Source: Octopus vulgaris (Eukaryota). From it: DNA of 64,000 nt. The stretch covers positions 123,504,001 to 123,568,000 of the forward strand of contig OX597819.1 of the NCBI GenBank assembly GCA_951406725.2, written 5' to 3'. Made by a program: the position numbers and the translations under genes. Shown here in pieces: positions 13,724 through 30,023 of the stretch; positions within the stretch are counted from its first letter, which is position 1; each line of letters begins with the position of its first letter. A model generated the notes under the pieces. It made no database searches. It was given only the letters and a program-made list of their open reading frames with translations, and was not told the origin of the DNA.

Positions 13724-14409
13724 TTGTGTCTGTGTTTGTCCCCCTAGCATTGCTTGACAACCGATGCTGGTGTGTTTACGTCCTCGTCACTTAGCGGTTC
13801 GGCAACAGACACCGATAGAATAAGTACTGGGCTTACAAAGAATAAGTCCCGGGGTCGATTTGCTCCAGCATGGCCGCAGTCAAATAAATGAAACAAGTAA
13901 AAGAGTAAAAGAGAGAGTATACATATATTCATACATATAAATATTCATTCATATATTTATGCTTGCATGTTTACGTTCTTGTTGTTATATGCTCTTCAGA
14001 GTTTCATGTTCCCGCTCCTCGGACTGTCACGAACGGGAACGTGAAACTCTGAATAACAGTTTCTGTGATGTCTTTGCAGCTTGAAGTGGCTTTCAGGTAA
14101 GAAGCTTGCTTCCCAACCACGTGGTTCCGGGTTCAGTCCCACTGTGTGGCACCTTGAGTAAGCGTCTTCTAATATACCCTCACGCCGACCAAAGCTTTGT
14201 GATGGATTTGGTAGACGGAAACTGAAAGAAGCTCGTCGCATATATATATATATATATATATATACATACACAAAAATAAGCAACAAGAATGACTCCGGTA
14301 ATTTGGTACAATTGTTTCGCACTACAACATTTTATTAAAAGTTGTAAGTACCATATTCATTTGAATCTAAATTGTTGCTGAACTGATATATAGATATAGA
14401 TATATATAT

Positions 14410-14460
<51 letters not shown>

Positions 14461-15187
14461 TACACATACATATATGTATGCATGTATGTGCTTTTCGTCA
14501 CTGCTGAGGTGATGGTAGGTGGTCTTCCTCTCTGTAATCAGGTGCCCCACCAAAGGACCCAACATTCACAGAAATACAGGGGTACGTTCTCATAAATGAA
14601 TCTGCCCCAATACTAAATAGGAAATATACATACTAGATATCATACCCCCACATTCACAGTTTATACACGTAGATTAGAATAGTTAATGGACTGTTATGTA
14701 GATAGATGTATGTACGTGAGTGTGTTGGTGTATGTATATATGTATATGTATATGCACATGTATATAAGCATATGGATATGAAAGTAGACAAGTTAACATA
14801 CAGATGGATAGGTACATAGGTTATATGAACATACAAGCACACATACAGACATGCAGGCATATTTACTACGTGCATGTGCATGCACACACACACTGACGCA
14901 CGTACATGCGCACACACAAGCAAAAAGAAAGTAGTGTGAATAACGGACAAAGTCAAACGTATCGAAATGGCTGCAAGACGCAACGAAACTTTTAGAAAAA
15001 TAAAGAAGGAAATGAGTGGAAATTTTACCGGTGAGTGTATTAAATTATAAAGCATCAAACGAGTATGCCTCTCCCCAGACACAACAGAATATGCATCAAC
15101 ACACGAACTCATATAAAGAATCATGCAAACCAAATCCAAAAACGATATATATATATATGTGTGTACATATATATATATGTATGTATG

Positions 15188-15316
<129 letters not shown>

Positions 15317-15327
15317 TATATAGAAGG

Positions 15328-15378
15328 AGCTTCTACAGGACTAGAACTGTTTCATTCAAGAGAAATCATCAGGAAGCT
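15328..15378 (-). ncRNA. Type I hammerhead ribozyme motif (sense to the PLE)
   Basis: agcttc-CUGAUGA-t ttc tctt gaa t-GAAA-cag ttctagtc ctg-UA-gaagct. Perfect 6-bp stem I, full core, GUA cleavage triplet. Confidence 0.8.
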
Positions 15379-15599
15379 AGTTAACAAGAATTGTATTGGC
15401 ATTTATACATTTAGGCAGGTTTAAAGGGGTGGTGGTGGGGGAATTTTTGGGGGTAGGCATAGCGCAAAAATATCATACTTGGGGGAGTGGTCAAGGAGTC
15501 AGTGGTAAAATAGATAAAAGAATAAATAAAATAAAAGAATAAAAAAATATATAGAAAAATATATAGAAGAATAGAGTTTTAGGTAAATAAGGAGATTCT

Positions 15600-18280
<2,681 letters not shown>

Positions 18281-18362
18281 ATATGTGAAAGGTCTTAGGA
18301 GAAAAGGTAATCGGGGGTGCTAGGGGAACGGTGGGATTGGGGGGGTTGTGGGTGGGGTGTCA

Positions 18363-19478
18363 TCAATCTGGTTGCCGGGTAGGTCTATAGTTCTTGTAGT
18401 TTGCATAATTCTTATGCATGCAATTTGGGGAGTGTTCTGAGATCTTGTTAAGGAGAGGGCCTTTGGCGAACAAGATCTCTAGGCTCTCCGAAATGCAAAG
18501 GTCACAGCAGGTATGGCCTCCTGTGTACGAACGCGCCTTCTGTAGTAGTTTCCACTTGGTCTTGAAGGGGATGGAGTTCCTTTTAAGGTACCAGATGTGG
18601 GCGGCGAGGGTAGTTTGGTTGGATTTATCCGGTCGCCGGAACGAATGTGTGTGGGCGTACCAACGGGTCTTAAAGCTGTTTGACGTCATTCCGATGTAGG
18701 ATTTTCTTTTATCATCAGGGCCTGATCTTACCTCGCATGTATATACGAGGTCCCTCTGTAGGCAGTTGTTGTTGAGGGGGCAAGTGGTTTTATCGGGGCA
18801 GTTGCAATTGCTATCGGATGTTGGATGGGCCTCGGAAAAAGTAGATATATTAAGTTTTTTCACATTGTTGTTGGCTAGGTTCCTGGCTAGATTGGGCGTG
18901 GTAGAGTAGGAGAGTCTAATAGTGTTCTTATTTAGGATAGTGTAGTACTTATGTTGGGTGGGGAAGTGTTTCTGTAGGAGAGTGAAGAAGATTTTAGCTA
19001 CAGGTGTAGCGACCTCACGGTTGAAGGGGGGTTGTACCAGCTAATGTGTCTTCGTCTATTTTTCCTGGGTTGGCGTGGGGCTATACTAGTATAGGTAATC
19101 TTATCTTTAAAGCCACTGCGGGCCAGGGCCTCGTTGTAATAGGGGGCTGCGGCCTTAAAGATATCTTCCGTGGCGGACAGGCTAGAAATTCTAATTGAGA
19201 CACTTTTTACTAGGTTATCTAATATATTTTTGGGGTGGTTGGAATTAATGTCTATATATCTAAGGGATTCATTTGGTTTGTGGTACGGGTAATAAAGTGA
19301 GGTTTTTAAGTCGAGGGTAACATCTAGGAAGATAGCTTTGGTTAAGTTGGATTCTAAGGTAATCTTAAGGCCTAAGTTTTTAAAGAAGGTGTAAAGATGT
19401 TTCCGGAACCCATCCGTGGTCCTGGGGTTTATTTTGTGGAGGGCGAAAAGGCCGTCATCGCGGTAAAGACCACCGGGC
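18363..19478 (-). pseudogene. PLE reverse transcriptase C-terminal part plus GIY-YIG endonuclease
   Basis: GLYRDDGL, FLDVTLDL, PYHKPN, WYNPP, CNC..CPL..CL linker and LVY...YIGMT. One frameshift in the C-run at ~19026-19031 separates the two ORFs in the track. Confidence 0.92.
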
Positions 19479-19528
19479 GTATGTGGGCGTATGTGTATAT
19501 ATACATGTGTGTGTGTATATATGTGTGC

Positions 19529-19580
<52 letters not shown>

Positions 19581-19915
19581 GTGTATATATACATATATGT
19601 ATATATATATGTGTGTGTGTGTATGTATGTGTGTATGTATATGTGTGCGTGTGTGTGTGTATATATATACATATATGTATATGTATAAGTGAGAATCTCC
19701 TTATTTACCTAAAACTCTATTCTTCTATATATTTTTCTATATATTTTTTTATTCTTTTATTTTATTTATTCTTTTATCTATTTTACCACTGACTCCTTGA
19801 CCACTCCCCCAAGTATGATATTTTTGCGCTATGCCTACCCCCAAAAAGTCCCCCACCACCACCACCCCTTTAAACCTGCCTAAATGTATAAATGCCAATA
19901 CAATTCTTGTTAACT

Positions 19916-19966
19916 AGCTTCCTGATGATTTCTCTTGAATGAAACAGTTCTAGTCCTGTAGAAGCT
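19916..19966 (+). ncRNA. Hammerhead ribozyme motif, inverted pLTR copy
   Basis: Identical to 15328-15378 in the opposite orientation. Confidence 0.8.
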
Positions 19967-20049
19967 CCTTCTATATAATAGATTAATTTTACTCTGCTAT
20001 GTATTGAGTACCTTATTTACTGTGGTTAACCCCGAATCAACCCGGGACC

Positions 20050-20117
<68 letters not shown>

Positions 20118-20288
20118 GGCGTAGAAGTGGCTGTGTGGTAAGTAGCTTGCTAACCAACCACATGGTTCCGGGTTCAGTCCCACTGCTCGGCATCCTGGGC
20201 AAGTGTCTTCTACTATAGCCTCGGGTCGACCAAAGCCTTGTGAGTGGATTTGGTAGACGGAAACTGAAAGTAGCCCGTCGTATATATG

Positions 20289-20321
<33 letters not shown>

Positions 20322-20425
20322 ATGTATGTGTGTGCATATGTATTACGCATAAGCACATATAAGACATAGATGAAGCGAGAAGAAATGTGAGAAAGACGGA
20401 GAGTAGCATTATGGAACCAACATAC

Positions 20426-20560
20426 TGTGATTATAATGAAGCGTTAGTTTCTTTCCTTCCAGTGGTGGTACTTTGCAGTAAATCGTCCGACAACGAACGT
20501 TATATGTTCCAAACGCATACATGTCCCTGACCAAACATTGTGCTCGAGTCTCTTGGCAAA
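20426..20560 (-). pseudogene. Cys-rich exon B, middle copy (exon itself intact)
   Basis: ttttcttCAG acceptor, A|GTATGT donor, 135 nt. Encodes CQETRAQCLVRDMYAFGTYNVRCRTIYCKVPPLEGKKLTLHYNH. Confidence 0.62.
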
Positions 20561-20624
20561 CTGAAGAAAATACAACTTTATATATACGTACATACACACA
20601 TAAATACATACATATATATATAAT

Positions 20625-20756
20625 TTTTTGCGTAATAAGATTAAAAAAAAACCAAGGCTGTGTAGATTTTAGAACATTTATAGATATAAGGTCTTACAGC
20701 TGTTTCCAGGATATTTATTAATTATATGCCTTCATCGAAAACGGTGTGAGAGGATG

Positions 20757-20760
<4 letters not shown>
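20625..20760 (-). mobile_element. Short repeat with degenerate hammerhead motif (20691-20742)
   Basis: gttt-UCGAUGAA-ggcatat...atatcc-tg-GAAA-cagctg-UA-agac, with a palindromic loop 3. Confidence 0.45.
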
Positions 20761-20807
<47 letters not shown>

Positions 20808-20828
20808 TACATAAATACATATATATAT

Positions 20829-20859
<31 letters not shown>

Positions 20860-20860
20860 T

Positions 20861-21286
<426 letters not shown>

Positions 21287-22327
21287 TAAATTCCTACCTA
21301 ACCTCCCAAATAACTGCCCATTTCACTTTTGAAGCTCCGACGTATCGCTCGTCTCATACACGACCATTTAACTGAGTGCACTGCATTTCTCCAGCAGAAA
21401 CAGTTTTAAGCTAATGTAGGTTATTACATAATTTCTCGTTACCTTCTCAGTTCTAAAAGTATTTCTTATGCCGTGTATTCGACTGACGCTTTTATTAAAG
21501 CATAAAGCATATGCTTATTGAGTTCAAACACTGGGTTATTTGTATTGCTATGCCCAAGTGAAATATTAGTATATTTTTTTCTGATTCCTCGTACTTAATT
21601 CGAAGTATAAAATGGTACTCGACCAGAAAGAACATTGAACATCTACGTAATGACTTAAAAATACATAACTTCCGTTTGACGATTCCTTTATAACATATGT
21701 AGTATGTAAATACCAACTCAATTCTATTCTATTCACCGACTATTATATAATCGCATGGTTAGTAACATTTGTCGCTCCGGACAGGAATTACCAGTTAGCG
21801 ATCATCTAATTGTATTTATCCACAAAACTTAATCGAATAATTATCATTTGTTAAAGTGAATTTATAATTTGCTTATAGAAATTAAAGATTTCGAAATAAT
21901 TATCCATAATTATCCTTTTTCTTTTTGATCTTCATAGAAACATTCACTTTAGCATCACAGCTGACCTCTCTGATTATGCATACTTTTGCTTATTTCTTCG
22001 AAACATCAATATCTTAAACACTTAACATCACGTGTTTCATTCTTTATCTCAATATACTGATCAATGCTAGTCTTGTCAGCTGAAAATCGTATAGAATTGG
22101 AAATAGGTCATGTCTGTTATGTACCCATGAATTCATGGAGATATTATGGGCCAAAATGGGACTTCTAAACGTTCAGGAGGAAAGAAAAATAAAATGTAAA
22201 CATAGACGGAAATGCTTAATTAATAACATCTAACCCTAAATTTAAATCGTATTATTACCTCCCCACATCGAATGTTAAGTCAATTTAAACTAGTACGTTC
22301 ATATTAAATAATAATAGTAATAATAGA

Positions 22328-22575
22328 TGGCCTGGTGTGTCACAAGGTTCAGAGACGTTCGGTGGAGGCGTACATCTGCTGTCGAGTGGTACCGTCACTA
22401 TCGGAAGCGTCCAATCGGAAGACCTCTAAACAAGTGAGAAGATGGTTCACGCAAAATGATTGGTACAACGTAGAAGTGAATGATGAGAGAACAAAGGTAA
22501 TGGAGAGAATGCTGTGGCGTGGGGGGGCGAATCGGCAGGTGACATTCTGGCCCATCTTATTGATCCAGGTGAAGT
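22328..22575 (+). mobile_element. Decayed RTE-like LINE 3' end
   Basis: VTRFRDVRWRR..EWY..RKRPIGRP. Confidence 0.55.
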
Positions 22576-23311
22576 AAATATATATTTCTTTATTACCCAA
22601 AAGGGGCTAAACATAGAGGGGACAAACAAGGACAGTCAAAGGTATTAAGTCGATTACATCGACCCCAGTGCGTAACTGGTACTTGATTTATCGACCCCGA
22701 AAAGATGAAAGGCAAAGTCGACCTCGGCGAAATTTGAACTCAGAACGTAACGGCAGACGAAATACCGCTAAGCATTTCGTCTGGCGTGCTAACGTTTCTG
22801 CCAGCTTGCCGCTTTTAGGTGAAGTAAATATAGTTTATCTGCTAATCACAAACCTGCTGACACCTTCTCTATAGAGTACAAAGGTATCATTAGATTTTCC
22901 AGCAGGATTCTAATGCGTAACCAACTGTGACTTTGAATATTATGCAATCATCTCGCTTTTGATCAACCCCGAGGTCTCCTGCAGGTTGCCGCCTCAAAGC
23001 ATACGTTCCTATGTCATTCTAATCGTATATCCATTGTACAGGTGCTATGCAGACTTTTATTGCGAAGTAACTGTTCGACCTAGAGAGATGCTTTGATTAA
23101 ATAGCCTTAATCTTATTTTTTTTAAATAGGTAACCTGGCATTAAAATTAATGATAAATTTGAAATTTATTCTTATGGAGTAGTAATTTATTTCAAACCTA
23201 AATTTTAATCAGTTGTTAACCATTTCCCCTCATTGGACAATGTCCATCATAATCTATTTTGCATCTAACGATTTGTACAATTTTAAATTCTAATAAACAT
23301 ATTTCTGGAAC

Positions 23312-23483
23312 AGGCGCAGGAGTGGCTGTGTGGTAAGTAGCTTGCTAACCAACCACATGGTTCCGGATTCAGTTCCACTGCGTGGCATCTTGGGCAAAGG
23401 TCTTCTGCTATAGCCCCGGGCCGACCAATGCCTTGTGAGTGGATTTGGTAGACGGAAACTGAAAGAAGCCTGTCGTATATATG

Positions 23484-23529
<46 letters not shown>

Positions 23530-23738
23530 TGTGTCTGTGTTTGTCCCCCTAGCATTGCTTGACAACAGATGCTGGTGTGTTTACGTCCCCGTCAACTAGC
23601 GGTTCGGCAAAATAGACCGATAGAATAAGTCCTGGGCTTACAAAGAATAAGTCCCGGGGTCGATTTGCTCGACTAAAAAAGGCGGTGCTCCAGCATGGCC
23701 GCAGTCAAATGACTGAAACAAGTAAAAGAGAAAGAGAG
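23312..23738 (+). mobile_element. SINE family B (tRNA-like head, CORE-like gtggcaccttgggcaagtg, internal (TA)(TG) array)
   Basis: Other copies at 13665-13917, 14085-14240, 20117-20281, 25822-26288(-), 45469-45803 and 50127-50526. Confidence 0.9.
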
Positions 23739-23829
23739 TTTCTACATCTTTTCTTTTCAGTAAGTTAATTCACTTACATCCATAATTAATATTCTACGTG
23801 CTAGAACAGTTTACGAAACACAATTAATA

Positions 23830-24395
23830 TATTGGGTTTTCCGGAAAGTTCGTGCCGATTTATAGTAGCTTACATTTCGACTTATTTTAGAACGTGGTTG
23901 ATTTCATAAAATAGGATTTAACTACACCTCCATTTAGAGCTCAGTTTAAGCTATATTTTCGTGGAAGAAGGTTTATGTTCCTAAAACCTGTGTTAATTCT
24001 GTAACCCTTTAAAATGGAAGATAAGAAAGTTCATTTTCGGCACTTGATGCTTTGAGAACCAGATTGCTGCAGGTCGGCTGGGATGTGTTACCCCACCCTC
24101 CATATTCACCAGATATTGCTCCTTCGGATTTCCACTCATTCAGGTCTCTGCAGAATAGTCTTAATGGTAAAAATTTCAATTCCTTGGATGACGTAAAAAC
24201 ATATCTTGATTAATTCTTTGCCTTGAAACCACCTCAATTCTGGGAAGAGGGTATTTTCAAGTTAAAGGAAAGATGGAGATGCATTGAGAGACACAAAATG
24301 GTTCATATTTGGTCGATTAAAAATGTAATTGCAAGTATTTATTGATCTTTTTCTTCCCTTTAAAAATCGGCACGAACTTTCTGCACAACCCAATA
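23830..24395 (+). mobile_element. Internally deleted mariner
   Basis: TA-flanked TIRs ttgggtt..aaagttcgtgccgattt / aaatcggcacgaacttt..aacccaa. Encodes GWDVLPHPPYSPDIAPSDFHLF. Empty site in the paralog at ~50598. Confidence 0.9.
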
Positions 24396-24568
24396 TTTTC
24401 ACTAATAAATGTAGAAAACGCTACAAGAACGAACCTAAAAGCTGGTAACTTAAATCAACTCATTCAATGAATATGTAACTACTCACACGTAAAGACAAAC
24501 CCAATAGCAAACTCATCTGATATGAAAAATATGAAGAAAGTATATATTAATTACTATTTCTTACTTAC

Positions 24569-24686
24569 AGTTTATCGGCGTTTTCGTTACTGAGTTGATA
24601 CATATTATTTCCTTACAAGAATCCATCCAATCTACCTGAATGCGCACTCTGATCATTACAAAAGCAACTCGAACATTCTGGACAAG
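24569..24686 (-). pseudogene. Cys-rich exon A, middle copy, disabled
   Basis: Acceptor CAG mutated to CAT. Length is 118 nt (frameshift): CPECSSCFCND... then, in a shifted frame, CKEIICINSVTKTPIN. GTAAGT donor intact. Confidence 0.62.
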
Positions 24687-25712
24687 ATGTAAAGGAAATA
24701 CAAGTATAAACGCTAAAAAAAGACAAGTTAGGAAAAGAAAGATGACCGATGGTCACGTGTGAGCAACAAGAGAGTAAAGGAGGAAGAGTGAGCAAGAGTG
24801 AGAAAGAAATAGAAAGTGTCTAAAAGAAACAATAGCTTTATTGCGTTAACGCTCGTTATAGAAACAGGCACAAGACCAGAAAGTTTACATTATGTGGTTT
24901 AGTGTAAATTCTTCTTGAATTTACGGTGCCCCAGCATGGCCGCGGCCTTCGGGCTAAAACATTTTAAAGGTTTTTAAGGATTTTAAGAATTAAATTCCTT
25001 CAACTATTATATTTGAATTCATTCAATTATGATATTTGGTTGCTAGGTCTTAATATGTGTTGTAATTGTGTGAATGACGAAAGCGCTCATGAGTAAATGT
25101 CAGCAGAGCAGCCAATATTGACACCTTGTTGTCTTGGTTGGGAACCAAGAGACCGATAAAAAACCGAAGCGACTTCGAGCTTTAAGGGTGCCGGATAAAT
25201 AGCGAATGGCATATAAAAGAGCGTGATAATTGATTTCCTGAAAATATAGATGTAATTAGTATTTAGTAGACAAATATTTAACTTTGAATTTTTCGACTAT
25301 ACCAATATTATCTGAGTGAATTTTTATAGTGTATTCCTTTCAAATTCGCTTCGTATTATCATTCATTTTCTTTAAATATTTCTTATTATAACGTGGTCAT
25401 TTCACAAAATAATGAAGGTTATTATTTTAATGTAGAATTTTTGTTTTGTTAATTATACTTCTTAATTTTTGTCATAGAAATTTACACGATGAGGATCGAT
25501 AAGTTAACAATTGCTGCTCAAAAGGTCCAATGCTAAAAGACATTTACCGACCTGTAACTAAGAGGGGTGAAAACTTTCATGGTTGTGACGAAAAATTACT
25601 TTGCATGCTGTATGGAAAGAAGAATGGAGGCTTTAAATGGTAGTATATCAGGATCTTATACAATCATCATGTTCATTATCAAAGATGAAGACTTAAGAAT
25701 ATTGGAGCTTAC

Positions 25713-25782
25713 CTGCTGGCGCATTCGTAACACCTTTGGGAAGGATTACAAGGAGGAATAAAGTTACCGGAAATATATGCAT
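25713..25782 (-). pseudogene. Signal-peptide exon, middle copy (gene probably disabled downstream)
   Basis: ctaacAG|ATG ... CAG|GTAAG. Encodes MHIFPVTLFLLVILPKGVTNAPA. Confidence 0.62.
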
Positions 25783-26046
25783 CTGTTAGTAAAGAACCAC
25801 AAATAAAATGTCTCATTATCTCTTTCTCTTTTCTCTTTTACTTGTTTCAGTCATTTGACTGCGGCCATGCTGGAGCACCGCCTTTAGTCGGGCAAATCGA
25901 CCCCGGCACTTATTCTTTGTAAGCCCAGTACTTATTCTATCGGTCTCTTTTGCCGAACCGCTCAGTGACGGGGACGTAAACACACCAGCATCGGTTGTCA
26001 TGCAATGCTAGAGGGACAAACACAGACACACAAACATATACACACC

Positions 26047-26126
<80 letters not shown>

Positions 26127-27889
26127 TACGACAGGCTTCTTTCAGTTTCCGTCTACCAAATCCACTCACAAGGCTTTGGTCGGCCCGAGGCTATAGCAGA
26201 AGACACTTACCCAAGATGCCACGCAGTGGGACTGAACCCGGAACCATGTGATTGGTTAGCAAGCTACTTACCACACAGCCACTCCTGCACCTTATATTCC
26301 GCATTTCTTTAATATTTTTCCTAAAGTAATTCCTACGAAAATTCGATCACTTAAACAATATTAACATACAAATATGAGGCTGGAGACCGCCTCCTGCATG
26401 TACTTTGTCTCTCGTTATTCAATGGCCGACTCGATTCCTACCTGTAAAATACTGAAATAAATGTATGTCACAGTGCCCTACCTGGAATACTGGGATATTA
26501 TGTTGATGCTGAGAGAAGTTATAACGCTGAGTACCATATACTGATGCACATGAAATACTTTCTTTAGAGCCGCGTGTTCCAGAATAAAGAACAGAATGTC
26601 AACTTTGCTTAATAATTAATATGAAATCCTGTATAGCCAATGACAATATTCCCAAACTTGAAATGGAACATTGGAGACATATTTGCGAAAGGGATCTGAC
26701 ATGAAACAGCGTGCCTTAACTAAATCAACATCACCTGGAAGTCATATGTTAGCCATTCAAAAACACACAAAGGCTCTTGACTTTAATTAAACATTTATTA
26801 TTTGGTATCAAAATTTTCGTCGCATTAATGGCGACCTGCTCACACACGCAATCCCATTGGTTCAAAAGTACAATTCACAGTAGAATATATAATGGAAATA
26901 ATACTAAACCTTCGACTTTATATAACCATGACAGCCTGTTACAAGCAACTGAAAAACATAGTAACTGAATCCGCAATACAAAACAAATATTGATAATCCT
27001 TTCTTGTAAACATACAATTGAAGAAACTTTAGAAAGGGGACTATTTGATCGTATCGATCCCAGCATTCAGATGCTGCTTATTCTATCGACAGCGTAATTC
27101 GCTTCAGAAGGTAATGAAATTTTAATGTTTCATTGAACGAAGTGTATGCCAGAAGTGAGCCAAGCACAAGTACAGTAAATGTATCCATAAAATATAACAA
27201 AACATAATAGAACTCTCTAGACAAGAAAGACAAAGAAATTGAAAACACAGATTATAGTAGAAACTTAAGAATAGAAAGTGTTTAAAAGAAACAAGAAAGC
27301 AAAGCGCGCTTGCATAAATAGATTTATTGCGTTAACGCTCGTTATAGAAACAGGCACAAGACCAGAAATATTGTGGCTGCAGCGAGTCGATTATTTCCCC
27401 TCCCCCCCCCAGTGCTCAAGTGGTCCTTGTTTATCAGTCTCAAATGGATGAAAGGCAAAGTTGAAAATGAACTCAGATCGTAAAGATGGCTGAAATGCCG
27501 CTAAGCATCTCACAAGTTGTGCTAACGCTTCTGCCAGCAAGCCATCTGACAGATTATTATAATAAACCTTTGTATTGTAGACACAAGGTCTGATTTTTGG
27601 GGGGAAGGGACTAAGTTGATTTCATCGACCCTAGTAGTCAACTGGTATTTATTTAATCGACCTCGAAATGATGAAAGACAAAGTCGACCTCGGCTGAATT
27701 TGAACTCAGAATTTTGAAGACTGGTATATAATCTTTAGATCCATTTGGTCAAACCTCCATGTTAAGAGGGCCAAATCAGATCAACACCAGTCGCTAATGG
27801 TGGTGGTAAAGGCACAAACACAAACATAAACACAAACGCATGCCTCCCCTACCAGACATATATATATATATGATATACATATATGATAG

Positions 27890-28103
27890 ATCGTTAGCCA
27901 CTACACACATTTTTTTCTCTCCTTTTCTTCTCTCCTTTTTTCTCTCCTTGTTTCTCTCCTTGTTTTCTGTGTCCTTTTCTGTGGAAGAGCGCAGGCTCGA
28001 AACGTAGAAGACTTTTTCTATTCCTGAGCGTTATACTAATACATCTGTTTGTTTTGTACACCACCTGTCGTCGTTTTTTGTTGTTTTTTTCGTAAACTTT
28101 CCC
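27890..28103 (+). mobile_element. Short repeat with hammerhead-like motif (27971-28012)
   Basis: CUGUGGAA-gagc gcag gctc-GAAA-cg-UA. Same family as 55880-56032. Confidence 0.55.
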
Positions 28104-29163
28104 TCTCTCTCTCTCTCTCTCTCTCTAAATATATATATATATATACGATGGGCTCTATACAGTTTCCATCAATAAAATTCACTTATAACTCATTCCTTGG
28201 GCCGCGACTTTAGTCGAACATACTTTCTCAAGGTGGCGTGCAATGGGACCGATCCCGAGACAAAATAGTTACAAAGCAATGCCGGCGCCTATGTTCGTCA
28301 TTGTGCCACACTAAATATTGAGACATGAAATGAGCAACATATTGGGTGAACAAGACGAATTTGATATCCTTGATGGTAGTACATTTCTTGGGTCAAGTCA
28401 AATGTCCCTAATTTCTGGAAGGGCACCAAATTCACCAATAGTCGAAAATTATTTTGCCTCACTTGAGAGACTTGCTCAAAGTTTGGTCATACTTGCTTTT
28501 CTCTCCGTTACAAGACTTATACTCTTATTCTTTTACATGTTTCGGACATTGGACTGTGGTCATGGAGGAAAGTTGAAGGAAAACATGGAATGCTTCACAA
28601 ATATGTATATGATTCTTATGCAGAAGCCATGATAGATTTCTATGCATCATTTGAATTTTATTATATGTAATGCCGAATTGTGTACGCAAATTAATTTTTA
28701 AGATGGCGATCTGAGTCGTTCAGAGCAGGATAGAATTCCATCGTGGTCTTCTTCGCTTTTCATTCATTCGCAGTCGATAAAATAAATACCAGTTTATCAC
28801 TGGTGTTAATGAAATCGACTCTGAAATTTCTCAAAGGCTTATTAGTTTTCCATCTTGTTAAAACCCATAACTGCCTTTGGGTCCATGACATATAATTATT
28901 CTGAGTTTTGAGAGGCTTGTGTTTGGTATTTCTGGTTTCTTTAGCATCAGTTATGTAAAGTTGATCGTATAGCAGTCGATCACTTTAAGTGTGCATGCAA
29001 GAGAGCTAATAATGTCTTTTGTTTTGTCATTCTTTCATACAATAGCAGTTGACATAAGTGAATCTGAGCATCACATGGATTACTATATAAATAACTATCA
29101 GTATAACGTTACACTCGCAATCACGCATAGGAAAATATTCATACACATATAGAGACAAGTATA

Positions 29164-29971
29164 GGATCTTTTCCTTTTAAACGGCAGTTTGTAACATAAT
29201 TTCTAGGTAACTAAAAAATTTTAAACTTCGTATACTGGTAGAATGTGTTTATAAAACATCATTTTCTCTTGACTTTATTGAGAAAATTCTATAAGTTGTA
29301 ACATATTTCGTCTTTAATTTCTTGCATTTCGGCAATTTTAACTAATCAATTACCTCCATTGACGTAAATAACATTCTGTGCATAATGAATATGTCCCTTG
29401 CTTAAGAAACAGATTGGGTTTATTTACATTTGTGAAGAAAAAAGATACCTTTCCCCACCCCTAACCCTAACCCTAAATCTAAAATAGATTGAAATGCAAT
29501 AGATCGATACTAGGGTTATAATTATGGGTGACAATTTCGTACGACACCGCTATAAAAAACTTAGTGGGGTATGAAATTGTCACCCATAATTATAACCCTA
29601 GTATCGATCAATTGCATTTCAATCTATTTTAGATTTAGGGTTAGAGTTAGGGTTAGTTAGGGTTAGGGTTAAGGTTAGGGGTGGGGGAAGGGTATCTTTT
29701 TTCTTCACAAATGTAAATAAACCCAATCTGTTTCTTAAAGGAGAGACATATTCATGCGGCACAGAATGTTGTTTACCTAAATGGACGCCAGTGATTGGTT
29801 AAAATTGCCGAAATGCAAGAAATTAAAGACGAAATATGTTACATAGAATTTTCTCAATAAAGCCAAGAGAAAAATATGTTTTATAAACACATTCTACCAG
29901 TGTACGAAGTTTAAAACATTTTAGTTACCTAGAAATTATGTTACAAACTGCCGTTTAAAAGGAAAATATCC
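29164..29971. mobile_element. Foldback MITE with ~380-bp arms, internal (CCCTAA)n/(TTAGGG)n and 8-bp TSD (Merlin-like)
   Basis: GGAT...ATCC termini. caagtata duplicated at 29156-29163 and 29972-29979. Absent at the paralogous site ~3505. Confidence 0.85.
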
Positions 29972-30023
29972 CAAGTATATGTATAGAATGATGAATATAT
30001 AGACACACTCATATACGTATATA

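Noticed and set aside
14295-14375. Hammerhead-like GAAA-caattg-UA with a long stem II on the minus strand
   Set aside because: No recognisable CUGANGA core; at best a decayed remnant.
22920-23080. Ig-like NDIGTYAL motif, and an FN3-like ending at ~21440-21640, on the minus strand
   Set aside because: Single copy in the window, in-frame stops, and motifs too short to support a domain call.
23312-23385. tRNA-like sequences at SINE heads
   Set aside because: A/B boxes only, embedded in SINE bodies; not called as tRNA genes.
25567-25761. Plus-strand ORF pair 25567-25761 and 53081-53263 with similar peptides
   Set aside because: Explained by the duplication. Splice signals and synonymous changes favour the minus-strand signal-peptide exon.
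25713-25782. Alternative Cys-containing frame of the 70-nt exon (AYISGNFIPPCNPSQRCYEC)
   Set aside because: Most Cys are not conserved in the paralog and no differences are synonymous in that frame. A shared downstream TGA was noted but is insufficient.
28318-28632. Plus-strand ORF pair 28318-28632 and 56194-56457
   Set aside because: TTG starts, a frameshift between copies, no recognisable domain or conserved splice sites, and absent from copy 1.
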